NCBI GenBank assembly: GCA_028693815.1
Contig: JAQUUP010000007.1
Span: 4,921 to 68,920 of the forward strand
Length of the DNA: 64,000 nucleotides
Source: Candidatus Omnitrophota bacterium
GTDB taxonomy: Bacteria > Omnitrophota > Gorgyraeia > Zapsychrales > Aceulaceae
Reading direction: 5' to 3'
The notes below the pieces were generated by a model. It was given only the letters and a program-made list of their open reading frames with translations, searched no databases and was not told the DNA's origin. A program made the position numbers and the translations under genes. Below, piece by piece: positions 48,111 to 56,825 of the stretch; the first letter of the stretch is position 1, and the number at the start of each line of letters is the position of its first letter.

Positions 48111-49010
48111 ATGATTACGGGAACAAATATGGAGATTTTTATGCCGCTGATTCAACCAATCATTCGACCTCCATCTGAAGCCAACAGTTTACTTTTACAG
48201 GTGACGGTTGGATGTTCTTCCAATACATGTACCTTTTGCGGCGCGTACGCATCAAAGCAATTTGGTATGATGGAATTTTCAGATATAGCCCAAGATATAG
48301 AGCAGGCTGCTCGTTATTATCCTGAAACAAGAAAGGTATTCTTGCTCGACGGAGATGCTTTAGCTGTAAGCAATGAGAAGCTCGTTCCTATTTTAAGGCT
48401 TATCAATGAAAGTTTTCCAAAATTAAGCCGTATTGCAAGCTATGCGAATGGTTACAACATGACAAAAAGAACGCATGAAGAATTAAAAGAATTGCGCGAT
48501 AACAATTTAAGCTTGATTTATATGGGGCTTGAAAGCGGCAGTCAAAAAGTTTTAGATTTGTGCAAAAAACGCGCAACAGTTCAAGAGATGATAAAAGCCG
48601 TACGAGTTTCAGATGATGCAGGCATAAAATCATCGATTATTGTTCTTTTAGGGTTGGGTGGAAAAAAGTATTCTGAAATCCACACAAAAGAAACTGCAGC
48701 GGCCCTTAATAAAATGCAGCCAAGATATTTATCTTTTCTTTCTCTTATGTTGATAGAGGGCACTCCGTTGTGCAAGCAAGCAGAGGCTGGTGAGCTTGAA
48801 GAGCTTGATTCAGAAGGATTTCTAAAAGAGGCTTATGATATTGTTAGAGGGCTTGATTTAAATAAAACAATATTTCGCTCAAACCATGCTTCAAATTATT
48901 TGCCTTTAGAGGGGCGTTTACCAAAAGATAAGCAAAAGTTGCTCGACGCGTTTAAGGCAGGAATTAATGGCAACACATCTTTAAGGAGTGAGATTTCTAG
49001 AGGATTGTAG
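48111..49010 (+). CDS. radical SAM domain protein (non-canonical CX4CX2C cluster motif)
   Basis: VGCSSNTCTFCGAY, GLESGSQKVLD; 299 aa; divergent from the helicase gene. Confidence 0.65.
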   Translation: MITGTNMEIFMPLIQPIIRPPSEANSLLLQVTVGCSSNTCTFCGAYASKQFGMMEFSDIAQDIEQAARYYPETRKVFLLDGDALAVSNEKLVPILRLINESFPKLSRIASYANGYNMTKRTHEELKELRDNNLSLIYMGLESGSQKVLDLCKKRATVQEMIKAVRVSDDAGIKSSIIVLLGLGGKKYSEIHTKETAAALNKMQPRYLSFLSLMLIEGTPLCKQAEAGELEELDSEGFLKEAYDIVRGLDLNKTIFRSNHASNYLPLEGRLPKDKQKLLDAFKAGINGNTSLRSEISRGL

Positions 49011-49052
49011 AGAAAAAATGTCAGGATACAGAGTGAGGAAGGCTCATTTGTG

Positions 49053-49081
49053 TTGACCTTATTAGGCGTGTACTCTATAAT
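49053..49081 (+). promoter_or_regulatory. near-consensus sigma70 promoter upstream of dtd
   Basis: TTGACC, 17 bp, TATAAT (49076-49081); about 120 nt upstream of the dtd ATG, with a possible short uORF (49102-). Confidence 0.55.
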
Positions 49082-49200
49082 TTAATAATATAAATGATCG
49101 CATGTTTTTATGGAGCAACGACGACATAAAACATATGCGAGAATTTATCCCGAGATATTCTAAGAAAGAATATATCGGGATTATATCTGAAAGCTTATTT

Positions 49201-49647
49201 ATGAAAATTGTTATTCAAAGAGTTAAGCAAGCGAGTGTTACGGTTTCTCAGAAGATTATTGGCAAAATTGATCAGGGAATTTTGGTTTTGTTGGCTATTG
49301 CCAAAGACGATGATGCAAGTGATATTGAATATTTGGTTAATAAGCTTGTGGATTTAAGAATTTTTGAAGATCAAGACGGCAAAATGAATGCTTCTGTTTT
49401 AGATATTAAAGGTGAATTCTTAGTTGTATCGCAGTTCACACTTTTAGCGGATTGTAAAAAAGGCAGAAGGCCTTCTTTTGATAAGGCGGCTGATCCAAAA
49501 AAGGCCAAAGAGCTCTACGAGCAATTTGTTGAAGTTTTGCGCAAAAAAGGATGCAAGGTCGAAACCGGAGAGTTTGGCGCGACGATGGATGTCGCGCTTG
49601 TTAATGATGGGCCCGTGACGTTTACGCTAGAGAGCGCAGAAAATTAA
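49201..49647 (+). CDS. dtd: D-aminoacyl-tRNA deacylase
   Basis: 149 aa, [13 protein letters not shown]..., SQFTL motif, C-terminal [10 protein letters not shown]. Confidence 0.88.
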   Translation: MKIVIQRVKQASVTVSQKIIGKIDQGILVLLAIAKDDDASDIEYLVNKLVDLRIFEDQDGKMNASVLDIKGEFLVVSQFTLLADCKKGRRPSFDKAADPKKAKELYEQFVEVLRKKGCKVETGEFGATMDVALVNDGPVTFTLESAEN

Positions 49648-49975
49648 TGGAAACCCCACGTCGCTTAAAAAGCGCTCCTGGGGTAAATTCAACCTAAGAC
49701 TTGCGTCGCATTTTATAAAATGATGATGCTCCGCAAGTCAAAGGATTCATTTATGATGGATGTCGCACTTGTCAATGATGGGCCTGTGACGTTCACGCTA
49801 GAGAGCGCAGAAAATTAATGGAAACCCCACGTCGCTTAAAAAGCGCTCCTGGGGTAAATTCAACCTAAGACTTGTGTCGCATTTTATAAAATGATGATGC
49901 TCCGCAAGTCAAAGGATTCATTTATGATGGATGTCGCGCTTGTTAACGATGTGCCTGTGACGCTGATTATAGAGA
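49584..49975. repeat. 171-bp tandem duplication (2 full + 1 partial copy) of the dtd 3' end plus an intergenic repeat element
   Basis: Unit starts at 49584, 49755 and 49926 (GATGGATGTCGC...); copies about 95% identical; the third copy diverges after about 45 bp. Confidence 0.9.
49753..49818 (+). pseudogene. duplicated dtd C-terminal fragment ([21 protein letters not shown])
   Basis: In-frame copy of the last 20 codons of dtd preceded by ATG-ATG and the element's RBS. A further degraded copy lies at 49924-49995. Confidence 0.6.
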
Positions 49976-50088
49976 GTAAGGGTGTTGGTATCTAGTATCT
50001 AGAAAGGGAAAAAGCGGCAGGGAACGGGTGATAGGCATTTTTGTTATTATTAGACAAGAAATTGAGAAGAAGAAAAAGGAGGGGTACA

Positions 50089-50397
50089 ATGGGCAAAAAA
50101 GAACAATTAGTATCGGCGATAATGGGAGGTTTTGCGATTGCAACTTTTATTTCTTTTGTTGAATTTACTATTTATAAGGATGATTCTGTTAATTTCTTAG
50201 TAGCTAAATTTCTTTTTTATTTTGCATCTTTCATTATAGTAATGTATTTCTCTGTATCTCAGCAAAAGAAACGAATGGATAAGTGGAAAGAAAACCACTA
50301 TTCAAAATTAAATCAAGAAGAATTCAGGTGTTTTAAGTGCAAAGCTCTTATTAATCAAGATGACGAAAAATGTCCTCAGTGTGGATGGAAATGGTAA
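50089..50397 (+). CDS. small membrane protein with C-terminal zinc ribbon
   Basis: Two TM helices, then CFKC...CPQC; AAGGAGG RBS before MGKKEQ. Confidence 0.5.
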   Translation: MGKKEQLVSAIMGGFAIATFISFVEFTIYKDDSVNFLVAKFLFYFASFIIVMYFSVSQQKKRMDKWKENHYSKLNQEEFRCFKCKALINQDDEKCPQCGWKW

Positions 50398-50430
50398 AGA
50401 ATTCCAGTGACCCGTCTAGGGTAATTTAAA

Positions 50431-50706
50431 ATGAAGAAAATTATAATAGCGCTTATTATTTTTAGTTTTTGTGGATGCGGTCTGGTGCCTGCTTATAGAC
50501 GAGCTCAGCCTGATTTTCAAAAAGCTGCAAATATGATGCTTTATGGTGGCTCAAAAAATATGGTTCGATCAGATTGGGGAGAACCCGATAAGAAGGAAAT
50601 TCTTGAAGATGGCACAGAAGCATGGACGTATTATAATCGTCAAGATGGTAGAACTTTTATTTTTTATTTTAATAAAAAAGCAAGGCTTGTAAGAGCTAAA
50701 ATTTAA
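50431..50706 (+). CDS. small lipoprotein, BamE/SmpA-OmlA-like
   Basis: Lipobox FCGC; about 70-aa mature domain with MVRSDWGEPDKKEI...EAWTY, like SmpA_OmlA. Confidence 0.4.
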   Translation: MKKIIIALIIFSFCGCGLVPAYRRAQPDFQKAANMMLYGGSKNMVRSDWGEPDKKEILEDGTEAWTYYNRQDGRTFIFYFNKKARLVRAKI

Positions 50707-50791
50707 TAAGGCGGCTGGTGCTTTTTAAGGTTTTCTTAATTAGGTACGTGTCCCCGGAACTATGCTCAGGACAGAAAGAAGAGGATAACAG

Positions 50792-51754
50792 ATGAAGAAA
50801 TTTCTACTTGCCACAGGTATTGTGTTGATTGTTTTTGCTGTCTTGATGTTTTTAATTGACGCTTCTTCAATGTGCATGATATCTGTTATTTGCATGATCA
50901 TTGGTGGATGTATGTTGGGTTATAGCGATTGGCTTGCCATTAATGATATTAGAAAAGAAGTCAGTGCTAGTTCAGTATTTTGTTTCTTATTAGCTCTAAC
51001 AACAGCGGCATTGATTGCTTTATCAACGCGTATCGGAATTATCGTCGAATTAGTGACTCCTTTTCTGGTCCTAGCTTCGCTGGTGACTGGTGGTATTTTC
51101 TTTTTTTTCTACAAGAAAAAAGGTGGGCTGCTGTGCTTTAAGTCTGTAGCTATAACAGGAGTATCACTTAGTGTATTCATGTCAATGATGGTTATTCTTG
51201 GCATTATTGATAATTTTTCGAATTTTCCAGAAAGTTATAACGATCGAGCTTCACAATATAAGTATTGGAAAGCCAGTGAATATGTTTCACGAGACAAATG
51301 GGATGCTGCGATCAAAGAACTTGATGAGGCGATAGCCTTGTCACCCGACGATGGCCGCTATTATGAAAAACGGGGTTACGCTTATCTTAGCAAGGGTGAT
51401 GATGATAAAGCCATGTCTGATTATAAAATGATGGAGCTCTATTCTAATGAAAATTCTAGAGGTTTAAGCTATGGAGCTCGTGGTGATGTATATTTGAAAA
51501 GAGGCGAATATGATAAGGCAATAACGGATTATAGCAAGGCCATTGAATTGTCAAAGCACTTTTTGGAGCCTTACTATCAAGGACGCGCTAGAGCATTCTT
51601 TGAGAAGAATGAATACGACAAAGCATGGGAGGATCTTCAAAAGCGAACCCTGTATTTTGAACCGACTCAAGAGGAAGATTTTGTAAAAAAACTTAAAGAA
51701 TGGAATAAGAATAAAACAATTCGCGCGAGTTATCCTGGGCTTGATGGACACTAG
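50792..51754 (+). CDS. membrane protein with C-terminal TPR repeats
   Basis: 4-5 TM helices, then TPR motifs (AIALSPDDGRYYEKRGYAYLSKGDDDKAMSDY...). Confidence 0.55.
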   Translation: MKKFLLATGIVLIVFAVLMFLIDASSMCMISVICMIIGGCMLGYSDWLAINDIRKEVSASSVFCFLLALTTAALIALSTRIGIIVELVTPFLVLASLVTGGIFFFFYKKKGGLLCFKSVAITGVSLSVFMSMMVILGIIDNFSNFPESYNDRASQYKYWKASEYVSRDKWDAAIKELDEAIALSPDDGRYYEKRGYAYLSKGDDDKAMSDYKMMELYSNENSRGLSYGARGDVYLKRGEYDKAITDYSKAIELSKHFLEPYYQGRARAFFEKNEYDKAWEDLQKRTLYFEPTQEEDFVKKLKEWNKNKTIRASYPGLDGH

Positions 51755-51828
51755 ATTTTGGGAGATGTCCCTAATTAAGGATGCGGTGGCGGAGGGTTTA
51801 TCCTGTGCTCAAATAATTATCTTAACTT

Positions 51829-52860
51829 ATGGTTAAAAAACTTTTGAAATCAATTCAACTTAAAGTTTCTCTCGCCGGCAATTATCCGGCGCTGGCTGCG
51901 CGCGTGAAAGGTGAGCTGAGTAGTCTTGAGGTTCTTGTTAAACGAGAGACCATTAAGTCTTATTGGAATATTGGGAAATTCATTCATAGTCATTTGCTGG
52001 AAAATAAGGAAAGAGCCCAATACGGAAATCTATTGTACGAACGGCTTTCTAGAGATGTAGGCAGGGATAGTTCTACTTTAAGGCGGACAGTAAAGTTTTA
52101 TCTTGCGTATCCTCGAATTCAGGCCTCGAGGCCTGAATTGAATTGGACACAATATAAGCAATTAATTACGATTAAAGATAAAGACGAGCGAAAACAGTTA
52201 GAAGAGCAGTTTGTTAAAAAGGGATTTGACGCGCGTAAATCCCAGGCGTTCTTGAATTTCAAAAAAACACAATTAGCTGCCAAAGACGCGCCTGACAAGC
52301 CGGTTGTGCAATTATCATTTGCTCGAGGAAAACTTTTGACGTACAGCTTTATTGAAAGTAAGGAGTCGGATGTGGGATTGCTCCTTGATTTAGGTTTTCG
52401 AATTCGCAGGAACTTCGAAGAGTTAAAGGGCACAAAATTTGTTAAAGGTGATTGCGTTAGGGTTTTAAACAAAAACTCTTTCGTCAAAGCAGACGTTAAA
52501 AAAGAAGAACTTTTTACATATTTCGCGACCATTGAAAAAATCATCGACGGCGATACGTTGACAGTTTTGCTCGACTTAGGGATGGGGTTGTTTGTTCAGC
52601 AGAAATTGAGATTACGAGGAATTGATTGCCCGGAGATGGATACCGATGATGGAGTGAGGGCAAAAAAGTTTGTGCAGACCAAGCTCGGTAAGCTTGATTT
52701 TATTATTGTCAAAACTTACAAAGATTCAAGCGACAAGTACGATCGGTATTTGGCAGATATTTTTTATTTGGTTGATGAGCGCGACCCTGAAAGGGTCGCG
52801 CAAGAAGGCGCTTATCTTAATCAGGTGCTTTTGGACGAACGCTTGGCGTGCGTGTATTGA
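51829..52860 (+). CDS. DUF1016(YhcG)-N domain fused to staphylococcal-nuclease (SNase/thermonuclease) domain
   Basis: N-terminus YWNIGKFI...YGNLLYERLSRDVGRDSSTLRRTVKFYLAYP (DUF1016_N pattern); C-terminus IDGDTLTV...LRLRGIDCPE...DRYLADIF (SNase motifs). Confidence 0.6.
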   Translation: MVKKLLKSIQLKVSLAGNYPALAARVKGELSSLEVLVKRETIKSYWNIGKFIHSHLLENKERAQYGNLLYERLSRDVGRDSSTLRRTVKFYLAYPRIQASRPELNWTQYKQLITIKDKDERKQLEEQFVKKGFDARKSQAFLNFKKTQLAAKDAPDKPVVQLSFARGKLLTYSFIESKESDVGLLLDLGFRIRRNFEELKGTKFVKGDCVRVLNKNSFVKADVKKEELFTYFATIEKIIDGDTLTVLLDLGMGLFVQQKLRLRGIDCPEMDTDDGVRAKKFVQTKLGKLDFIIVKTYKDSSDKYDRYLADIFYLVDERDPERVAQEGAYLNQVLLDERLACVY

Positions 52861-52929
52861 AGGAGGATTTATAAAAAATGATTTTTTATCTATAGACAAG
52901 AGAGGGATAGAATTTTAAGATAAAAAAAT

Positions 52930-53685
52930 ATGAAAACGATTTATTTAAAATTATGGATGACATTGTTTGCTTGCCTTGTTTTTGGTGTTCAGGGTGTTAG
53001 TGCCCAAGACGGTAAGGGAGACTTGATTGCTGGTGGAACGGTTGTGATTTTAGGTCAAAGAATATCGCCACCTTATAAAATTGAAATAAGAAATAACGAG
53101 ACATGGATCAACGACATTCTCGCTGAACCTCTTGTGAACAAAAGGGCTCGAGTCCTGCCAGTTGTCACAGATGATATACGAAAGAAGCATGATTTTATTT
53201 CTCGTCTTACGGACGACTATTTGTATTTTTATAAACGATTTGGACGAGAGAAATTTCAAAAAAAACTTTTAGAAAAATATAAAAAAGATTCTTCTGCGTC
53301 ACAGTTAAATTTTTATAAAGAAGATTTAGAGGTGATTTTTAAAGATGGAGAAAAAGAGTTTTTGATGATGGGCCATTCGAGATCTCTTATTGATCGAAAT
53401 ATTAGTCGTGAAGAATGGGCAAGAACGGTTAAGGAAGGTAATCAAAATGCCCGAAGAGAAAGCATTAAAATGCATGAGCGGCTTCTTAAGCGGGGTGGGA
53501 TGTTGATTTATGATTATGGAAGTATGTCTGCTATGCCGCCTGCTATTGCTCAAAACATTATTGCAGGTTTAAAAAATTTAAAAGAAAATTCTTGGTCTTT
53601 GGAACAAACTCGAGAAGAGCTTAAACGCTTAGGAATTTCGGATCGTGTTTTTGAGCATATTCAAGAAAATTGTGCCTCTTGGTAA
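52930..53685 (+). CDS. secreted hypothetical protein
   Basis: Signal peptide (FGVQGVSAQ); 251 aa, charged, no recognisable family. Confidence 0.45.
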   Translation: MKTIYLKLWMTLFACLVFGVQGVSAQDGKGDLIAGGTVVILGQRISPPYKIEIRNNETWINDILAEPLVNKRARVLPVVTDDIRKKHDFISRLTDDYLYFYKRFGREKFQKKLLEKYKKDSSASQLNFYKEDLEVIFKDGEKEFLMMGHSRSLIDRNISREEWARTVKEGNQNARRESIKMHERLLKRGGMLIYDYGSMSAMPPAIAQNIIAGLKNLKENSWSLEQTREELKRLGISDRVFEHIQENCASW

Positions 53686-53818
53686 TTGTGGGGCTTTGCT
53701 GAAAATTTCTGGGCGAAGAGAATAGGCTAGATGTTTACGAATGTGATGCAAAAGGCATAATAACAAAGAATTGTTCGCTAGATTTTTATTAAACTTATTA
53801 CTTAAAAATTTACTTATG

Positions 53819-54583
53819 ATTAATTTAATAGATACTCACGCACATCTTGATGGGATTGAAGATATTGATTCTGCTTTAAACAGAGCCAAAGAAGCAGGCG
53901 TGACAACAATTATTGCGCAGGGCGTGGACTTAGCATCAAACAAAAAGAATCTAGCCATTAAGCAAAAGTTTTTGGATTTGGATATTCGCCTTGCGTTTGG
54001 GATTCATCCTGGCAATATTATTGATGATGAAATTGAAGAGACTTTTAAATTTATCCGAGACCATAAATCTGATATTGTGGCGATTGGAGAGACAGGACTA
54101 GACTTTTGGTATCGATGGGTTCGAAAAAGTGACGAAAAAAAACAGCAGCAAAAACAAATTCTTGAACGGCAAATTGATTTGGCTAAGGAATTTGATTTGC
54201 CGATTGTGATTCATAGCCGCGGAGCGTGGGCTGATTGTTTTTCGATGGCTGAAAAAAACGATGTTGAAAAAGCTGTGTTTCATTGGTATAGTGGGCCTGA
54301 GGATGTTCTTAAAAGTATATTGAATAAAGGGTATTTTATTTCGGCGACACCTGCTTTGGCGTATAGTCCAGAGCTTCGAGTGGCTGTCAAGCTGGCACCG
54401 ATTGATCAGATTTTGATTGAAACCGATTCGCCGGTTTTTTACCGCATTGGAGAAGGCGGATTTCAAGCTGAACCAAAGGATGTTTTTCGAACATTAGAGT
54501 TCTTAAGTGAGATAAAGAATATTGATTTAGAAAAAGCAGCTAATCTTCTAAATCAAAACGCCAAAAAAGTTTTTGGAGAATAA
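53819..54583 (+). CDS. tatD: TatD-family metal-dependent DNase/hydrolase
   Basis: MINLIDTHAHLD, GETGLDF, HSR, and ETDSP motifs. Confidence 0.85.
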   Translation: MNLIDTHAHLDGIEDIDSALNRAKEAGVTTIIAQGVDLASNKKNLAIKQKFLDLDIRLAFGIHPGNIIDDEIEETFKFIRDHKSDIVAIGETGLDFWYRWVRKSDEKKQQQKQILERQIDLAKEFDLPIVIHSRGAWADCFSMAEKNDVEKAVFHWYSGPEDVLKSILNKGYFISATPALAYSPELRVAVKLAPIDQILIETDSPVFYRIGEGGFQAEPKDVFRTLEFLSEIKNIDLEKAANLLNQNAKKVFGE

Positions 54584-54586
54584 ACG

Positions 54587-55372
54587 ATGTACGAAGTTGT
54601 TAGCAAGCAAGTGATTGGAGATGAATTAAGGCGCATTGAGATTGTCGCTCCTGCGATTTGCACAAAAGCACAGCCTGGCCAGTTTGTCATGGTTGCGCCA
54701 GATGAAAAATCTGCACGTGTTGCCTTAATGATTGCTGGAGTTAATGCTTTAAAGCAAACGATTACTTTGATTTTTAAAGAAGACAGTTTGTCGATGAAAA
54801 GACTTGGATCTTTATGGATTGGGGATTCTGTGTTTGCGTTGTTAGGTCCTTTGGGCAAGCCATCTGAAATTAAGGAATTTGGCAATGTTCTTTGCATTGG
54901 ATATGAAACAGGCGCGGTTTCGCTTCTTACGATTTGCCGGGCTTTGCATAAAGCTGAGAACAAAGTTATTAGCGTGTTGGGAGCTAAGACAAAAAGAGAT
55001 TTATGCCTTCAGCCGCAGATTCATCTGTGTTCTCAGAAATCTTATGTGATGTCTGAAGATGGATCGGTTGGGGAAAGAGGATACATTACCGATGGTTTAG
55101 AGAAGATTTTTGTCGAGCAAGAAATTGATCGTATTTATGTTGCTGGTCCTCTGGCTGTTATTCAGGAAGTTTTAAGTAGTGTACGCGATAAAGGAATTTT
55201 GACAAAAGTTTTGATTAATCCAATGACGATTGATGGATTTGGAATTTGTGGATGCGATTTGATTAAGGTTAAGGACCGGTATGTGTCTATTTCAATTGAA
55301 GGTCCAGAATTTGATGCTGATGAAATAGATTTTGCATTCTTTGAAACAAAAATGAAGAATTTTAAAGCATGA
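54587..55372 (+). CDS. PyrK-like FAD/NAD(P)-binding oxidoreductase subunit with C-terminal [2Fe-2S] motif (NfnA/SudB-like)
   Basis: Ferredoxin-reductase-like fold with a C-terminal FGICGCD cysteine cluster; paired with a GltD-like subunit. Confidence 0.7.
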   Translation: MYEVVSKQVIGDELRRIEIVAPAICTKAQPGQFVMVAPDEKSARVALMIAGVNALKQTITLIFKEDSLSMKRLGSLWIGDSVFALLGPLGKPSEIKEFGNVLCIGYETGAVSLLTICRALHKAENKVISVLGAKTKRDLCLQPQIHLCSQKSYVMSEDGSVGERGYITDGLEKIFVEQEIDRIYVAGPLAVIQEVLSSVRDKGILTKVLINPMTIDGFGICGCDLIKVKDRYVSISIEGPEFDADEIDFAFFETKMKNFKA

Positions 55373-55421
55373 GGATTATTCGAGAAAGGAGACCCCTTCT
55401 CCATAATTTTGGAGCTCATTT

Positions 55422-56825
55422 ATGAAAAGAATTTCAGAAAACATACAACCCGCTCTTAAGCGACTTAAAAGTTTTTGTGAAGTTGTTTTGGGATTTAAAA
55501 AAAATCAAACAGTTTCAGAAGCGCATCGTTGTCCGCAGTGTTCGCATCCAAAGTGTGTTGTGGGGTGTCCTCTAAAAATTGATATTCCTGGTTTTATCCG
55601 TTCATTGCGCGAAGGAAATAGCGCAAAAGCCCTTCATCGCATCAGAGAACAAAATAGTTTGGCTGGAATTTGCGGACGTCTTTGTTCGGCGCCTTGCGAA
55701 CAAACTTGTATTTTAAATGAAGAAGAAGGCGCTGATCCTATTAGCATCAAAGGTCTTGAGCGATTTGCCTTTGATCAAGGACAATCTGCCTTTAAGCAGC
55801 TTTTTAATGCAGAGAGCTCGAATCAAAATAATCGGAAAGTGGCGGTTGTAGGTTCTGGTCCGACGGGTTTAACCGCGGCTTCGGTTTTGGTTGAGGCAGG
55901 ATATCAGACGACAATCTTTGAAGCGTTGCACTTGCCTGGAGGAATTTTGCGCTATGGGATTCCTGAGTTTCGATTACCTAAAAAAGTTTTAGATGACGAA
56001 ATTAAATATATTGAATCTTTAGGCGTTAATATTCAAACAAATTGTCTGATTGGAAGAACGTCTACTATTGCCGATTTAAAAGATTTGGGATATGAAGCTA
56101 TTCTTTTGGCTACGGGTGCGTCCGTTTCTGAGATGCCGGATATTCCTGGAGCACAATTAAAGGGAGTGCATTTTGCTCAAGAATTTTTGATGCGTACAAA
56201 TCTAATCAATGAACAGCAATCTTTTAAATCAGAGATCGCTGATTTGTTTGGTGAAAAAATTGTTGTGATTGGGTCTGACACAATGGCTCTTGATTGTGTG
56301 CGTGTGGCTGTTCGATTGAACAAGCAGGCAACTGTTATTTGTTCTCAAGGAGAAGATGGAATTCAAGCGACCGAAAGCGAACGCGAGCACGCCAAAGAGG
56401 AAGGCGTTCATCTGGAAGTTTTAACGAGCCCAATTGAAATCTTATCTGATGAAAACAATTGCGTGAAAGCTGTTCGGTGCATTCGAATGGATTTTGCGGA
56501 TAAAGATGGTAAAGGATTGTGGAAAGTGGTTCCTGTTAAGAATTCTGAGTTTATTATCGAGGCGGATACGATCATTCTTTCTGACATGGGGACATCGAAT
56601 TCATTAATTATGCGAGAAGTTAATGATTTGAAAATAAGCAAGAATAATTCTATTTGGATCAAAAAGAATGAATACAGTACATCTGTTGATGGCGTTTTTG
56701 CCGCAGGTGGAGTTGTGGATAAATCTCTTAGTTTGATTGATGCCCTTTATCAGGGTAAGACGGCGGCACAAAAGATTGATTCGTATATCCAAGAAAAAAA
56801 TAAAAATGAAGAAACAAACGCTTAA
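55422..56825 (+). CDS. glutamate-synthase-small-subunit-like NAD(P)H:ferredoxin oxidoreductase (NfnB/SudA/GltD-like)
   Basis: Two [4Fe-4S] Cys clusters (CPQCSHPKCVVGCP; CGRLCSAPCEQTC), then FAD/NAD Rossmann folds (VAVVGSGPTGLTAA). Confidence 0.8.
   Translation: MKRISENIQPALKRLKSFCEVVLGFKKNQTVSEAHRCPQCSHPKCVVGCPLKIDIPGFIRSLREGNSAKALHRIREQNSLAGICGRLCSAPCEQTCILNEEEGADPISIKGLERFAFDQGQSAFKQLFNAESSNQNNRKVAVVGSGPTGLTAASVLVEAGYQTTIFEALHLPGGILRYGIPEFRLPKKVLDDEIKYIESLGVNIQTNCLIGRTSTIADLKDLGYEAILLATGASVSEMPDIPGAQLKGVHFAQEFLMRTNLINEQQSFKSEIADLFGEKIVVIGSDTMALDCVRVAVRLNKQATVICSQGEDGIQATESEREHAKEEGVHLEVLTSPIEILSDENNCVKAVRCIRMDFADKDGKGLWKVVPVKNSEFIIEADTIILSDMGTSNSLIMREVNDLKISKNNSIWIKKNEYSTSVDGVFAAGGVVDKSLSLIDALYQGKTAAQKIDSYIQEKNKNEETNA

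Noticed and set aside
49584-49995. Periodic repeats that could be mistaken for a CRISPR array
   Set aside because: Period is 171 bp with only about 2.3 copies. Units are near-identical across their whole length (no repeat/spacer alternation) and contain a duplicated coding fragment. This is a tandem segmental duplication, not CRISPR.
52670-52918. 82-aa ORF overlapping the 3' end of the DUF1016N-SNase gene
   Set aside because: Alternate-frame overlap with a gene carrying clear SNase motifs in that very region.
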